From the NCBI GenBank assembly GCA_000388065.2, contig KB932202.1: a stretch of DNA of 58,257 bases; one strand, written 5' to 3'. Positions 12,401 to 24,971 of the stretch are shown here, piece after piece (positions within the stretch are counted from its first letter, which is position 1; every line of letters begins with the position of its first letter). Below the pieces are notes generated by a model. The model had not been told where the DNA came from, did no database searches, and saw only the letters and a program-made list of their open reading frames with translations. A program made the position numbers and the translations under genes. Source of the DNA: Fonticula alba ATCC 38817. Lineage: Eukaryota > Protista > Nucleariida.

Positions 12401-15400
12401 TCGCCCCGCCTCGCCCCGCCCCGCCCCCGGACCCTCCCGGCGTCCCTGCCGCCTCCAGGAACTCCGACGGGCGCCGCGGCCGGAGCCCCGGCGCTCCAAC
12501 CACACAGCAGATGACATCCGCGCAGAGTGATGGGCAGCAGCCTCCGGCACGCCGGCGAAACCCGGCGGAGCCCGGCGCAACTCGGGCACGCATTTCCAAT
12601 GGGCCGGCCCCGTCCCGCCCGCCCCTCGCCCCTCGCCCCTCGCCCCGCCCCGCCCCGCCCCGCCCCGGCCTCATCAGAGCCGGGGTTGGGAAGGAGTGCA
12701 TGTTGGCAAGCTAGCCCCGAGAAGAGGCGACCGTGGTGGGGTTGGGCGCGCGACTGTGCGCCCCCCCAGGCGAGCGGGTCACTCACCACCCCGGGAGACA
12801 CCCCAGCGGTACTGGGAACCGAGTCAGGGGGACCCGGGGCGGGCGAGGGGCGAGGGGTCGTCTAGACGCGCTGCCGGAGGACACACACACCCGCACCCGC
12901 ACCCGCACCCGCACACGGCCTCCGGGGCGTGTACGGCCCCGGCCCCGCGCCAAGTAGCCGACGAGAAGGACAGCCAGACCGCGAGCATGGGCACCAAGGC
13001 TGGGACCCGGGCGGCGAGGGGGGGGCCGGAGCGCGTCCGCTCTCCCGGCGCCCCTCCGTCACCTACACTGGAACAAGCAGCCCCGCCGGCGCCCCTGCGC
13101 ATCTCACCCCGATGGTCCCATGCCAAGTGTGTGGGCCCCGCGTGCCCACTTTTCCCCGGCCGCCCGCCCGCCCCCCCCCCCCCCCNNNNNNNNNNNNNNN
13201 NNNNNNNNNNNNNNNNNNNNNNNNNNNNNNNNNNNNNNNNNNNNNNNNNNNNNNNNNNNNNNNNNNNNNNNNNNNNNNNNNNNNNNNNNNNNNNNNNNNN
13301 NNNNNNNNNNNNNNNNNNNNNNNNNNNNNNNNNNNNNNNNNNNNNNNNNNNNNNNNNNNNNNNNNNNNNNNNNNNNNNNNNNNNNNNNNNNNNNNNNNNN
13401 NNNNNNNNNNNNNNNNNNNNNNNNNNNNNNNNNNNNNNNNNNNNNNNNNNNNNNNNNNNNNNNNNNNNNNNNNNNNNNNNNNNNNNNNNNNNNNNNNNNN
13501 NNNNNNNNNNNNNNNNNNNNNNNNNNNNNNNNNNNNNNNNNNNNNNNNNNNNNNNNNNNNNNNNNNNNNNNNNNNNNNNNNNNNNNNNNNNNNNNNNNNN
13601 NNNNNNNNNNNNNNNNNNNNNNNNNNNNNNNNNGGCGCGGCCGAGAGGTCGGCCACCTGTCACCGCCGGCCCAGCCCCGAGGGCAAGCCCTCCACCGGGT
13701 GGAGGTGTCGCGCATGATGACCCCGTCTCTGGGCCCCCCCCCCCCCGGGCCCGCGGGACACATGCATACAAAAAACACGCGCACGGAGACGCCCATGTGT
13801 GTGTGTGTGCGCGCGTACAGAAATATCTGCCTGCACGCACTCACACACACACATGCACACGCACACATGCACACGCACATATGTCAAGGGGGATGGTCAT
13901 ACGAGACCGGGAAAGGGGCTAATGGCCGGGGCCCATTCCTCCCCGCGAAGAGACACTGCCGCCCCTGGCGGGGCGTCTGCTGGCATGCATGTGCGTGTGC
14001 GCGTACGTGTGCAGAGGCCCATGCGCGCCCCGGCCACGCGCCGTCGCTGGCATTCGCGCATGCGCCTCGCCACTTCCCAGCGCCGGCGGCCTGCCAGAGC
14101 TGACAGAGACAGGCCAGATGGTTGCCCCGCCCGGGCCCCCCTCCCCCCCCAGTAGGGCGGAGGCAGGCCGGGCTCGACCCTTGATGCTGGGCCACCGGCG
14201 CCCCCCTGCCGCCGCGACACGGCACGATCATGCCCGCCCGCACGCCCGCCTGCTCGTCAACTCGGCCCGCGGTCACCTTGCCGGGCGCCTGCTCTTCTCG
14301 GCCTTGCGTGTGTGCGGCAGCACCCTTGCAGGCCTCGGCGCGCGGTCCCCTGGCCGTGGGAGGGCGTGCCGACCGCCACACGCCCCCCCCCCTCCCCTCG
14401 GTTCCCCGGCCCGCGAGGCATGGCCGACAACAGGCACCAGGTCTCGGGGCGTGTGTTATTGTTTCGGCCATTGTTGTGATTGTCCGGCCGGAAGTCCAGA
14501 CCGCTGGGGGCCCGGCCCGGGCCGTGCCCCGGGCACACACGGCCAGCCCCACCGGCGCCGCCCCCCGAGCATTGGTCGTTTGCCAGTTGACCCAGCCCCG
14601 GCTCCCCGAACACGAGGAATTCCCCAGGTCCCCCGGGGGGGGGGGGGGGGGGGGNNNNNNNNNNNNNNNNNNNNNNNNNNNNNNNNNNNNNNNNNNNNNN
14701 NNNNNNNNNNNNNNNNNNNNNNNNNNNNNNNNNNNNNNNNNNNNNNNNNNNNNNNNNNNNNNNNNNNNNNNNNNNNNNNNNNNNNNNNNNNNNNNNNNNN
14801 NNNNNNNNNNNNNNNNNNNNNNNNNNNNNNNNNNNNNNNNNNNNNNNNNNNNNNNNNNNNNNNNNNNNNNNNNNNNNNNNNNNNNNNNNNNNNNNNNNNN
14901 NNNNNNNNNNNNNNNNNNNNNNNNNNNNNNNNNNNNNNNNNNNNNNNNNNNNNNNNNNNNNNNNNNNNNNNNNNNNNNNNNNNNNNNNNNNNNNNNNNNN
15001 NNNNNNNNNNNNNNNNNNNNNNNNNNNNNNNNNNNNNNNNNNNNNNNNNNNNNNNNNNNNNNNNNNNNNNNNNNNNNNNNNNNNNNNNNNNNNNNNNNNN
15101 NNNNNNNNNNNNNNNNNNNNNNNNNNNNNNNNNNNNNNNNNNNNNNNNNNNNNNNNNNNNNNNNNNNNNNNNNNNNNNNNNNNNNNNNNNNNNNNNNNNN
15201 NNNNNNNNNNNNNNNNNNNNNNNNNNNNNNNNNNNNNNNNNNNNNNNNNNNNNNNNNNNNNNNNNNNNNNNNNNNNNNNNNNNNNNNNNNNNNNNNNNNN
15301 NNNNNNNNNNNNNNNNNNNNNNNNNNNNNNNNNNNNNNNNNNNNNNNNNNNNNNGGGGGGGGGGGGCGGCAAAGGGCGGGGAGGTCGTAGACTCTCTCGC

Positions 15401-16624
15401 GAACAATCGGGCCGGGCGAGAGGAGGACACAGAACCGGCCCAGGGCCCGTCGCTGAGGGCCCCGGCCGGCGAGAGCGAGACAGCCAGAAAGAGCCCGAGG
15501 GCCATGCGCGAAGGGGAGATACCCCACGCGCAGGAGGCGGTGGGAGGCCGGCCCAAGGAGGAGAGGGAGGACGCGCGCGCACAGAGGAGGAAGAAGAAGC
15601 ACAGCGCGGGGCCCCCCCAGTGCGGCACAATGACGGCGCTCGGCGCCGAGAGGCCCGGCCGCCTCCCCGCTCGACGCTCGCACGCGAGGAAGCAATATCC
15701 CCCGAGCAGGTGGCCACATTTTGGCGCTTTGCTGGCCCTGCCTCCGCCCCCTGCAGGGCGCCCATCAGATCGCCTGGCGGTCGCCGAGGCGGCCGGGCCA
15801 GAAATCCACCGGTCGAACGCCTTCCGCCCTGTTGGGCTCGGCTGCCCCCGCCCCCCGCCGACCGGGAACGGCATCGGCACGGGGCCGGAGCCCGGGGCCG
15901 GAGGATGACTACGATGCTAATTAAAAAGCCTCACCAAGGGCGCCGGGTGTGGGCGCCGGGGCCAACGCACGGGAGACGCCTTCGGTCCTGGCGCGAACAC
16001 CCCCTTGCGAGACGGCGAACGCCCTGCCCTCCGGGGGGAGGAGAGAGACAGGGGCCGGAGGGGGCGGGGGGGGGAGACTCAGGCGCGCCTACACGCGCAA
16101 GCGCGCACGCCCTCCCCCTTGCCAGTTTCCATGCCCGGCCCCCCCCCCCCCCCATGCTCGCCTCGCGGCCTCGCCTCAGCCACCCGGCGCGGAGGCCTGC
16201 CCAAGCACATGAGCAGCGAGCCAGGCTTCCGGGGCTGGTGGCCGGCCGCCGGGCACCCCCCTGGTAAAGTCTTTGAGCGGCCGGATCAACGCGCCGACCG
16301 GGCCCGAACATACATGCACGCACATGCAGGGGGAGAGAGAGAGAGAAAGACACACACGGACACACGGAGCATGGCCCCACAGCATCGGAATTGGCGGGAC
16401 AGTTGGTGGGCGAACACCGCAGCGTCCAGCATCCGGGCGAGGCCCCCCACGGCTGTTGCCAGTGCCTGACACCTTCTCGGCTGGCGGCTTGCTCGCCCGT
16501 CGGCCGGCTCGCTCGCCAGCCTGCCCGGGCCCAGGGCCCAGAGCCGGGGGCGAACGGGGCACCGCGGCCGCCATCCGCCCCAGCCGTGTCCAGGGAACAT
16601 GGCGCACCGAATGGCGCACGACTT

Positions 16625-16665
<41 letters not shown>

Positions 16666-17728
16666 ACACCCACCACCCCCCCCCCCCCCCCATTTGGCCC
16701 CCCCCCCGGGGGGGGAAAACCCCCCCCCCCCCCCCAGGCGCGAAACGCGCGCCGGGAGGGGGAGCCCTGGCGACCCGTCGCGCCGACAAAAAAGCCCGGA
16801 GGGTCGCGGCCGCCGCGACCCTCTCTCTCGCCCCTCCGCCCTCCTGGGGCTTTCGGCCCACCAGAGCCAACGAGGAGGTCCTCCACGGAGAAGTGAATGG
16901 GCTGCGCTGTTCCTATTGGAGATAGCGCAACGTCCGCCCCGACCGTCCCCGGAAAGAAAGCCTCCCCCGCCCGGGCAGGACCATTGTACGGTGGTGTGAT
17001 GGTCGCTAGCATGTGATCCCTTCTCTCCTGTTCTGGAGACCCAGATGGATATCTTGTTTTGTATTTCCCAGCTCGAGCTCCAGAAGGGAGCCGGGGCGGA
17101 AAGACAACAGCGGCGGCGACGACGACGCCGTCACGCACATCCGCTTGGATGGCGGGAGGATAAACAACTGCCAGTCTGCAAAGAAAGGAAGGAAAAGGGA
17201 GGAGAGAGACAGAGACAGTGGGGAGGAGGAGCGCCGATTGTGTGTGGTGCCCTGGTGCGCCACACATGCATCACACCAGCACTACACACACCCTGTTGCG
17301 CACTTCTTTGCCCCCCCCCCCCCCTCTCGTGCCCGCGTGCACACAGGTGCTGCGCGACCCTATAAAAAAGTATCCAGACAAGGCGAGGAGCAGCAACTTT
17401 CTCGCGGTGAAGAGGAGGAAGGAGGGGGAGAAGAAGGAAAGGAACTGACAAGGAGCGTGTATCTGTGCGCCGGGGGGGGGGGGGGGACACCCTGGCGGAG
17501 AGAGGAGGAGAGGGGCGCAAAGGCAGGCACAGCACACACAGCGAGGGGAAGTGAATGCGGGCTTCTTCTTCCTGTCGCACTTCAGGAAGCATACCCCTGC
17601 CCCTCCGGCAAAAAAAAAGGGGGAGGGGGGAGCATTGCCCTGCTTTCCTCTCCCGCCTCTGAGGGGCGCCGGGGGGGGAGGGGGGGGGGGGGCCACCGCC
17701 CCTCCGGTGGGGCGCGTCGGCTGCTTAC

Positions 17729-18420
17729 TTAGTAGCCGCCCTGGTCGCCGAAGAGGCGGCGGATCTGGCTGTTGTTGGGGTTCAGGTCGCCCAGCCAAGA
17801 GGGGTGCTTGTTCATGAGGAACTCCCAAACATACTCCGACAGGAGGGCGTTGGTCACCTGCGAGGGATGGAAGCCGTCCACATTGTCGATCAGGTCGACG
17901 GCCTTGCCTCCGCGAGACTTCGCGCGCATTCCGCACAGGCACAAGGGGAAAGCACAAAGGGAGGGAGGTCAGCCCGTGGCAGCCAAAAGGGGGGCGCGCG
18001 CGGACCGGCCCGACACCCGGAGGTGGAGAGGGGCGGGGCCGAGCGAAGGACGGGGACGCGCGCGTGCAGGCCTGCAAGAGCACATCCGCGCATGTATATA
18101 TGTAACATATATATATATGCGCATCATGTGCATGGCAAAATGGGAGGGAGGGGCGGGGGGAAAAAAAGACGCACCACCCAGCGGGTGATCAGCTCGGCGA
18201 TCGGGTAGTCAATGTAGTCAACCTCGATGTTGCGGAAAGTGGTGTTCTTGAGGATGCTGCGGTAGACATCGTTCAGCTTGGCCGCATGGTTGGAGGAGGC
18301 GTTGCGGACATCAGCGTTGGAGTTGAGCCAGCCGGCGCAGGGAGAAATCTTCAGGCAGTTCAGGTAGTCGTAGAGGGTGCTGAACTTGACGCCCAGAGCT
18401 GAGGAAAGGAGGGGGGTGGC

Positions 18421-18473
<53 letters not shown>

Positions 18474-20495
18474 AGGCAGCAGAGAGCAGGCAGCAGAGAG
18501 TAGGCAGCAGAGAACAGGCAGCAGAGAGTAGGCAGCAGAGAGTAGGCAGCAGAGAACAGGCAGCAGAGAGCAGGCAGCAGAGAGTAGGCAGCAGAGAACA
18601 GGCAGCAGAGAGCGGAGAGCGGAGAGCACGGAACAGAGAGCAGGCAGCAAGGAACAGAGGACAGAAAGCAGGCAGCAGGGAACAGAGAACAGAGAGTAGG
18701 GAACAGAGAACAGAGAGTTAGCACCAGTAGAAGTGCGGCCAAAATAGAGAGGAGGGCAAGAGGACAGATGCCCAGCATAGGTCACACGTACGGTGGATCT
18801 GGTCGTGCATGTGCTGGTACAGCACACGGCCATCGACAATGCCCTCAATCAGGACCTTGCTACCGGCCGGGGTGTTCTCATCCAGATACTTGAGAGCTGT
18901 GTGTGATGGGACCCGACCCGGCCGCCCGGCCGCCGGAGAGAAGGGGAAAAAGGGCCACGAGGCAGGGGGAAAAAAGAAAAGGGACGGTGTGTCGTCAGTC
19001 GGCGGCTCGAGGGGAATGTCACACAAACACACCGGCACACAACAGCGGCACAAACAAAACACCCAGGTGCCGGGGAAGGGAGAAGGAAGACGCCCACAGG
19101 GCCACCAGTGGGGCACGTACACTCGCGAACCGAGGCCTCGAACTGCTGCGGGGTGGTCATGCTGCTGACGCTGGGGTTGCTGGAGCAAATGTCGTTGCCG
19201 ATCAGGGCGAACAGGACCAGCACCGGGTGGTCGGAGGCCTTGTTGCGGGCCAGGGTCTTGATGTGGCGCACGGTGGACACGACATCGGCGCCGTTGACAC
19301 CGATGTTCTGGAAGTCGCGGTGGTTGCAGAGGTTCCGCTCGCGCAGGCGCCCGTAGATGGAGTCCAGCGGGCCCGGGCAATCCCGGTGCGGGGAGGTCAC
19401 GAAGGAGGAGGCGGTCGACTGCTGGGGCCAGTCCAGCTCGTTGGTGGCAATGAAGGTCAGGCTGTCGAAGGCCTCGCGCGAAATGGTCGTGGCATTGAGC
19501 CAGGTGTCCGGGATGTGGAAGTGCGCCGTGGCCGAGTCGCCGATGCCGATGACACCCATCCGGCGGAAGCCCGAGCAGAAGAGGTCCTCGTAGGAGCGCT
19601 TGGTGGCCGAGTCGATGCCAACCACGCCGTTGCAGTCGTGGTCCACCTTGGCGTCCAGGGTGGTGGCCTTGCGGCCGGGGTAGACATTGGGGTTCTTGTC
19701 GTCGCAATCGGCGCCGCGCCACTGGGAGCCGCGCACGACCACCTGCGAGCCGTCCGTCGGGCCGATGCCGTCCTTGTCCTGGTCGACCAGCGGCGCGGTG
19801 TGGGTGTCGCCCTCCATGCCCCAGTTGCAGAAGGGGGCGAAGGTGCGCGTGGCGCACAGCGACCGGACCAGCTCCTCGCGCTCGGCCACGGCGTCCTCGG
19901 AGAAGACCGCCGGGTCGACGTCCTCCTCCGGGCTGGCCATCTGCTCGACGTCGACGGCGGCCATGCTGCTGCCGCCCAGGGAGCGGGACATCTTGGAGAA
20001 GAGGTTGCACTTGGAGTTGGTGCAGAAGCCGGCCGAGCGGCAGATCTGGTCCGCCGAGATGGGGGCCTGGGAGAAGTAGCTGGCGTCGATGGCACGCATC
20101 AGGCCCGGGCCGGCGATGGAGTTGAAGAAGAAGTGCTTGCAAATCTTGTTCAGCCCGCTGTCGGCGGCCATGTTGTTGCAGTAGGCCGCGGCAATCTGCC
20201 GAGCCGGCACGAAGCGCTTGTACGCCGCCGACTCGGTGGCCAGGTCCTGCATCTGCTGGGCCAGGCCGACGACCACGGTGCACACGGCACAGGTGGTGCC
20301 GCCCTGGGAAGAGGGAGGGGGCCGTGGGTCCGGTCGGGAGGAGGGCAAGAGGGGGTCAGCGGCCACATTCGGCGGGGGCAGGCGAGAGGGGGGGGGGGGG
20401 GTACGCACACCATCGTTGTCGCGCATGGCGAAGGCCGAGGAGGCCATGGCGAAGAGGGCCACCAGGGCGATGAGTGTGTTGAAGAGGGCGCGCAT
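17729..20495 (-). CDS. AOAH: Acyloxyacyl hydrolase (saposin B + SGNH/GDSL lipase), secreted or lysosomal
   Basis: Exons 20495-20409, 20303-19121, 18896-18792, 18398-18175, 17917-17729. Signal peptide MRALFNTLIALVALFAMASSAFA; saposin CAVCTVVVG; Ca-type motifs DQDKDG and GADCDD; GIGDSATAHFHIP (catalytic Ser), RLRERNLCNHRDFQNIGVNGA, LIGNDIC, YDYLNCLKISPCAGW, DGFHP, C-terminal LFGDQGGY. Confidence 0.95.
18421..18718. repeat. Intronic purine-rich minisatellite: (GAGCGGA)x7 followed by about 14-bp CAGAGAGYAGGCAG / CAGAGAACAGGCAG units
   Basis: Direct reading of AOAH intron 3. Confidence 0.85.
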
Positions 20496-21074
20496 GGCTG
20501 CGGGCGGGGGGGGACCGCCCGTCGAAAGGTTGCCCCCGAGGGGANNNNNNNNNNNNNNNNNNNNNNNNNNNNNNNNNNNNNNNNNNNNNNNNNNNNNNNN
20601 NNNNNNNNNNNNNNNNNNNNNNNNNNNNNNNNNNNNNNNNNNNNNNNNNNNNNNNNNNNNNNNNNNNNNNNNNNNNNNNNNNNNNNNNNNNNNNNNNNNN
20701 NNNNNNNNNNNNNNNNNNNNNNNNNNNNNNNNNNNNNNNNNNNNNNNNNNNNNNNNNNNNNNNNNNNNNNNNNNNNNNNNNNNNNNNNNNATCCCCGGAG
20801 AAGCCTAGTGACCGGCCGCGTGTGAGCGGAAACAAGCGGAGAAGAAAACAAACAAATGACACAGCGCGAGGGGCCCCCGGAGGCCGGCCACGCATGGAAA
20901 GGGCGACCGAAGCCGAGAAGGGCCGAAAGACGCCGCGCGGTCATCAGCCAAGCCCGCCTCCTCCGGCCCGGCCCCGCCGGCCGGCTCGCCTTCCGTCGTG
21001 CACCTGTGTCAGGTGCTGCAAGGGGGGGGGGGGGAGAGCAGGCCTCTCATCTGGTGTGCCCTGTGGCAAGGGTG

Positions 21075-21112
21075 TTATTATTATTTAGACCATATTAAAG
21101 GGCCTATATTTT
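21075..21112 (-). promoter_or_regulatory. AT-rich island upstream of AOAH, possible core promoter
   Basis: TTATTATTATTTAGACCATATTAAAGGGCCTATATTTT about 600 bp upstream of the AOAH ATG in a GC-rich background. Confidence 0.3.
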
Positions 21113-24100
21113 CCGGGCTGCGACGTTCTGGTGGCCTCCCTGCGGCGGTGGCCCCCCCCCCCCGTCCTGGCCCCGGCCCCGGTCGCGGTCTCCTCCCTCC
21201 GTCGGGCACAAGGGACCGGGCCCACAACGGGCCGGGGCTCGCGAAGAGCGGTCTGTGCGGGTGATATGGACGTCGCCGTCTCTCCCCCTGGGGGCGGGGC
21301 GGGGGTGGGGGGGGGGGGAGAGGGACCATGGGAGCGGGCGCCCCCGTGAGCGCCGGTTTGGGGCGACACGGCCAGCTGCCGCGCCGGCCCGGCCGGAGGG
21401 AATGCGCCCGCGGGTGAGCGCCGCGACCTGCCGGTTGCTGGCTGGTGCCCGCCCCCCGGTCGGTGCCCGCGCGCGCGCGCGCGCGCACGATATTTCCACC
21501 ATCGGGCGCGCGATCCTCGGCGGAGTGTGGACATACCAGGCCGCTCTGGTGGTTGAGCCTGGCAATTGGCCCTCCCGGCTCTCCAGTCTATCGCGGAGGG
21601 GAGCGTGTGCCGGCGCGCTTTGGGCGCGGCTCTGCGCGCGCACAAGCCCCGGTACTTTGTGCGCCTGCAACCAGCCGCACCTGCACGCAGGGTGTGCCCC
21701 AGCGGCGGAGTCGGTCCTCCGCCCCCCCCCCCCCCCCCTGTCCCGGCGGCGGCGGTGACTTGCGGACTCGGTCGGCGCCGAAGCCGGCACACAGAGGAAC
21801 AATAACACCAAAGGAGCGGGACAGGGCACGGTGCGCGCGGCCCCCCCGTCCCCCCGCAGGCGCCCGCCTCTCGCGGCCGCTCTCCTGGCGACCCTCGTGT
21901 GACCGTAAGACCCCTGCCCCCACCCCGCCTGCAGGGCGCTGATCCGCCTTTTGGCCCGCGCGACGCCGGTATGCGGCAGACCGTGTCCGCCATGGCCCCG
22001 TCCCCCCCCCAAAGGGAGGAGCCGGGGATGGTGTGAAGGAGGANNNNNNNNNNNNNNNNNNNNNNNNNNNNNNNNNNNNNNNNNNNNNNNNNNNNNNNNN
22101 NNNNNNNNNACGCGTGTACCTGCGGATGTGAGAGTGTCCGTCCGACAAGGACCCTCCCCTCCATGTGTGTATGGGCCATGCATGAACACGGTGCATCTGC
22201 ACAGGGGGCGCATCTGTTCATATCGACCATTTTGGGACGGCCACCGTCCTGGGGGGCGTGGATGCCGGCCGTCGCCGCGGCCGGGGCCAGGGCCCCCGAG
22301 CGCCCGGTCAGCGTGTGGCGGCGGGTGGATATCCGCTGGCCGGGCCGGGCCTGCGCGTCAGTCGGCGAAACCCGCGGACCGCCCTCGACCGCGTGCGCGC
22401 CCCCAAGCCCCGCCGCCCCCCCGGCCCCCCCCCCCCCCCCGCGCCCCGGCGGCGGAGAGCCGGCGCCCCGGATTCGGACTCCCCTTTCCATCCCCCCAGA
22501 TCGCCGGGCACGGGGCGGGAGGGGCAGGGGTCACGCTGGGTGCGGTCCTCAAACCGTCCATTCCCGGGGGCCGAGCGAACGAATGACGGAGACACAATCC
22601 GACATGCGACCGCCCCAGCCAGCAGTGGGGTTTGTTGGTGCGCCCGGGGGCTCGCCCGCGTCCGGTCACAGAACGCCTCGGCCCGGAGCCGGGGACCTGC
22701 CCCCGGGCCCCACCCCGAGTGGCAGTTCCTCCGCGCGGGCTTTTCTCGACGGCGCATGTCCACCCGGAGAACAGCCGGCAGCCGTCCTTCTGTCTCTGAG
22801 CCTCTTTCGTTTGTCTGTTTGTGTCTGTCCGTCGGCGACCGTCCTTCGGATTTCCCCTCATCGGAGGCCCCATTTCCGCCCTCCAAATGGGGGGGCGTAT
22901 CCCCCTCCCCCCCCCGCCCCGGCGTGCGGAGGGAGCAGCATTCGCCAGGGGACCAGGCGGAGGATGAGAAGGGGAGCCGCGGTGGCGATGTTGCCTGTCT
23001 CCGGGCCCGCGTCTCCGTGCCGCCCCCTCCCCCCCCCCGAAGGCCGGAAATAGATTCCGATATCGTTCGCCCGGGAGATCACGCCGAATAGGGCCGAATC
23101 ACACCCAGGACGCGGGAACACCATTGCCACAATGTCATCACACCACCACACCCACGGGCGGATACTAAATATTTGAATTAGTCATCGGGGCTGGGGTTTT
23201 TACTACCCTCCCCTTGGGATGATGGCGATGATGGGCGCCGCCTGGGTGTGAAGCGCCTCTGCTTGTCCCCCCCCCCCCCCCCCTTGCCCGCTCTGCCCGT
23301 CGGCCCCCTCGTGCTGGTGCCGGCCATCGGCGCACTGGCATTCCGCTCTCCACCGCTCCTCCGCCCATCGCCCGCCGGCCGCCGAGCCGCGCAGGGGCCC
23401 CCTGTCCACAGGCACCTGCCTCTGGGCCTGCCGCACCTTCCTCGGGTCTCCATCAAGAAGACCCTCCGGCTTGGTCCGCACGTTCTCCGGTCCCAGAGGC
23501 GGGGTTGGTGGGGCATTTGCTCGGCGGCCGGCGTCGCCGGGGGGCTGGCCGCTCGCGAGCAGGGCCGCGGGCAGGTCTGCGGGGCGGGCCGACGGCGCAT
23601 CCCCCTCGTCGCCCTGGTGTGTGGCTGCCGCCTGGCGGGCCGGCTTTCTCCGGCGCCAGGGGGGGGAGGCTCCATCGCGAGGTCGGCCAACCCTACCAGG
23701 TCCCTGGCGGGGGAGACACACGTTTGAGTCAGGTGCGGGGACGCGGGTGCGTCGGGGGCGGGGGGCCTTCGCAACGCGCGCCTGTGTCCGGGACTACATG
23801 CGCGTCGCTGCTGCATCTGGCCCGCCTTCCATGTTGCGTGCTTGGGCGTGCGTGTGTCTGGATGCGCGCTGGGACCCTTGCGCTGTGACTGTTACGGCAC
23901 GGCCGGTCCGCTCGCCCATCCGCCCCCCCTGGCCGCATGTTAGACGATGCGCGGCCGCCGTCCGTGGCCCCAGGCCCGGGGATGCATCCCCGGACAGCCT
24001 CCCTGCTGCGCCCGCTCATGTCCCTCTCCTGTGCCCCGCTTTGTCCCCCCGCCCCCCCGCCCCGGTCCCCGGGTGGCGGCTTCTTCGGGCGTGCTGCTAC

Positions 24101-24971
24101 GGGGTGTGCCTGTGTGCTTCTTCGCCCGCGCCCTGTGCCCGGTTCGGCGCCGGACATGTCCGCCAGGAGGGAGGAGGGGCGGGGGGGAGCATTTTTCGAG
24201 TGCCTCCCCCTCCCTGGTCCGTGGCCAGATCAGCACCCAGCAATCGTCTTGTTTCCCCCTGACTCCCTTGCTGTTCTCCAACGTGCGGCCCCTCCTCCGC
24301 TCCTCCCCCCCCTCCCCCCTCCACCCCCCTTGCTCTCCGCCCATCCACCGCGCGCTTCCCCCCTCCCCCTCCCCTCGCCGCACCCTGCCCTTTCTTCCTC
24401 CCGCCCGTCATGCACACACGCATGCGCGTTGTGTGCCCCTTGTTGCAGGGCGTCAGCCTACATCGTCCTTCCCTCGGCCGGCCGCCATCGGCTACGAGGG
24501 GCATGCAGGCACCGCGAGCAGTGTGTGTGTGTGCGCGCGCGCGTGTGTGCGTGTGTGTAGACACACGCGCTTGCGTGGAGACGCATAGCGTCTTACCAAG
24601 GACAGGAAGGGCCGACACGCTCATGCGCATGCACGCACACGCACACGCATGACGCCGCCTTCCGGCTTTCTTTCTCCCATGCGTGTGTTGGGTCTCCAAG
24701 TCCCGGCTGGCCGGGCCTCTCTCTTCCTTCCGCGCGCAAGCTCGGCCTCCTCCCTCCCGCCGCCGCCGCCGCTCCTCCTTCCTTTCCCCCTCCCTCCTAC
24801 TTTGCGCCTGCCCCACGCTGCCTCCCATCGGTGTGAGAGCCCCGCATCTGCCCTCCTCGCGCGCGCGCTCTCTCTCTCTCTCTCACACCCCCCCCTCCTC
24901 CATCGACTCCCTCTCCTCTCCTCGGTCCCTTCCATCGCGCCCTCCCCTCTGGCGGGCATGCGCCTCGCAGG

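Noticed and set aside
16626-16736. C-run / G8-AAAA-C-run hairpin
   Set aside because: Homopolymer-rich, probably low-quality sequence; no terminator or ncRNA context
16176-17267. Minus-strand ORF containing FSVEDLL (eh1-like motif)
   Set aside because: Atypical codon usage, runs into G/C homopolymers and no other homology; more likely AOAH 3'UTR or intergenic
18421-18718. Regular repeat array as CRISPR
   Set aside because: No unique spacers, eukaryotic intron and no cas genes
18718-20825. 521-aa (-) and 640-aa (+) ORFs over AOAH
   Set aside because: Alternative-frame and antisense shadows of AOAH exon 2
23040-23220. Relatively AT-rich island as a possible snRNA or tRNA
   Set aside because: No tRNA A/B boxes, Sm site or recognisable snRNA motif; an Infernal search would be needed
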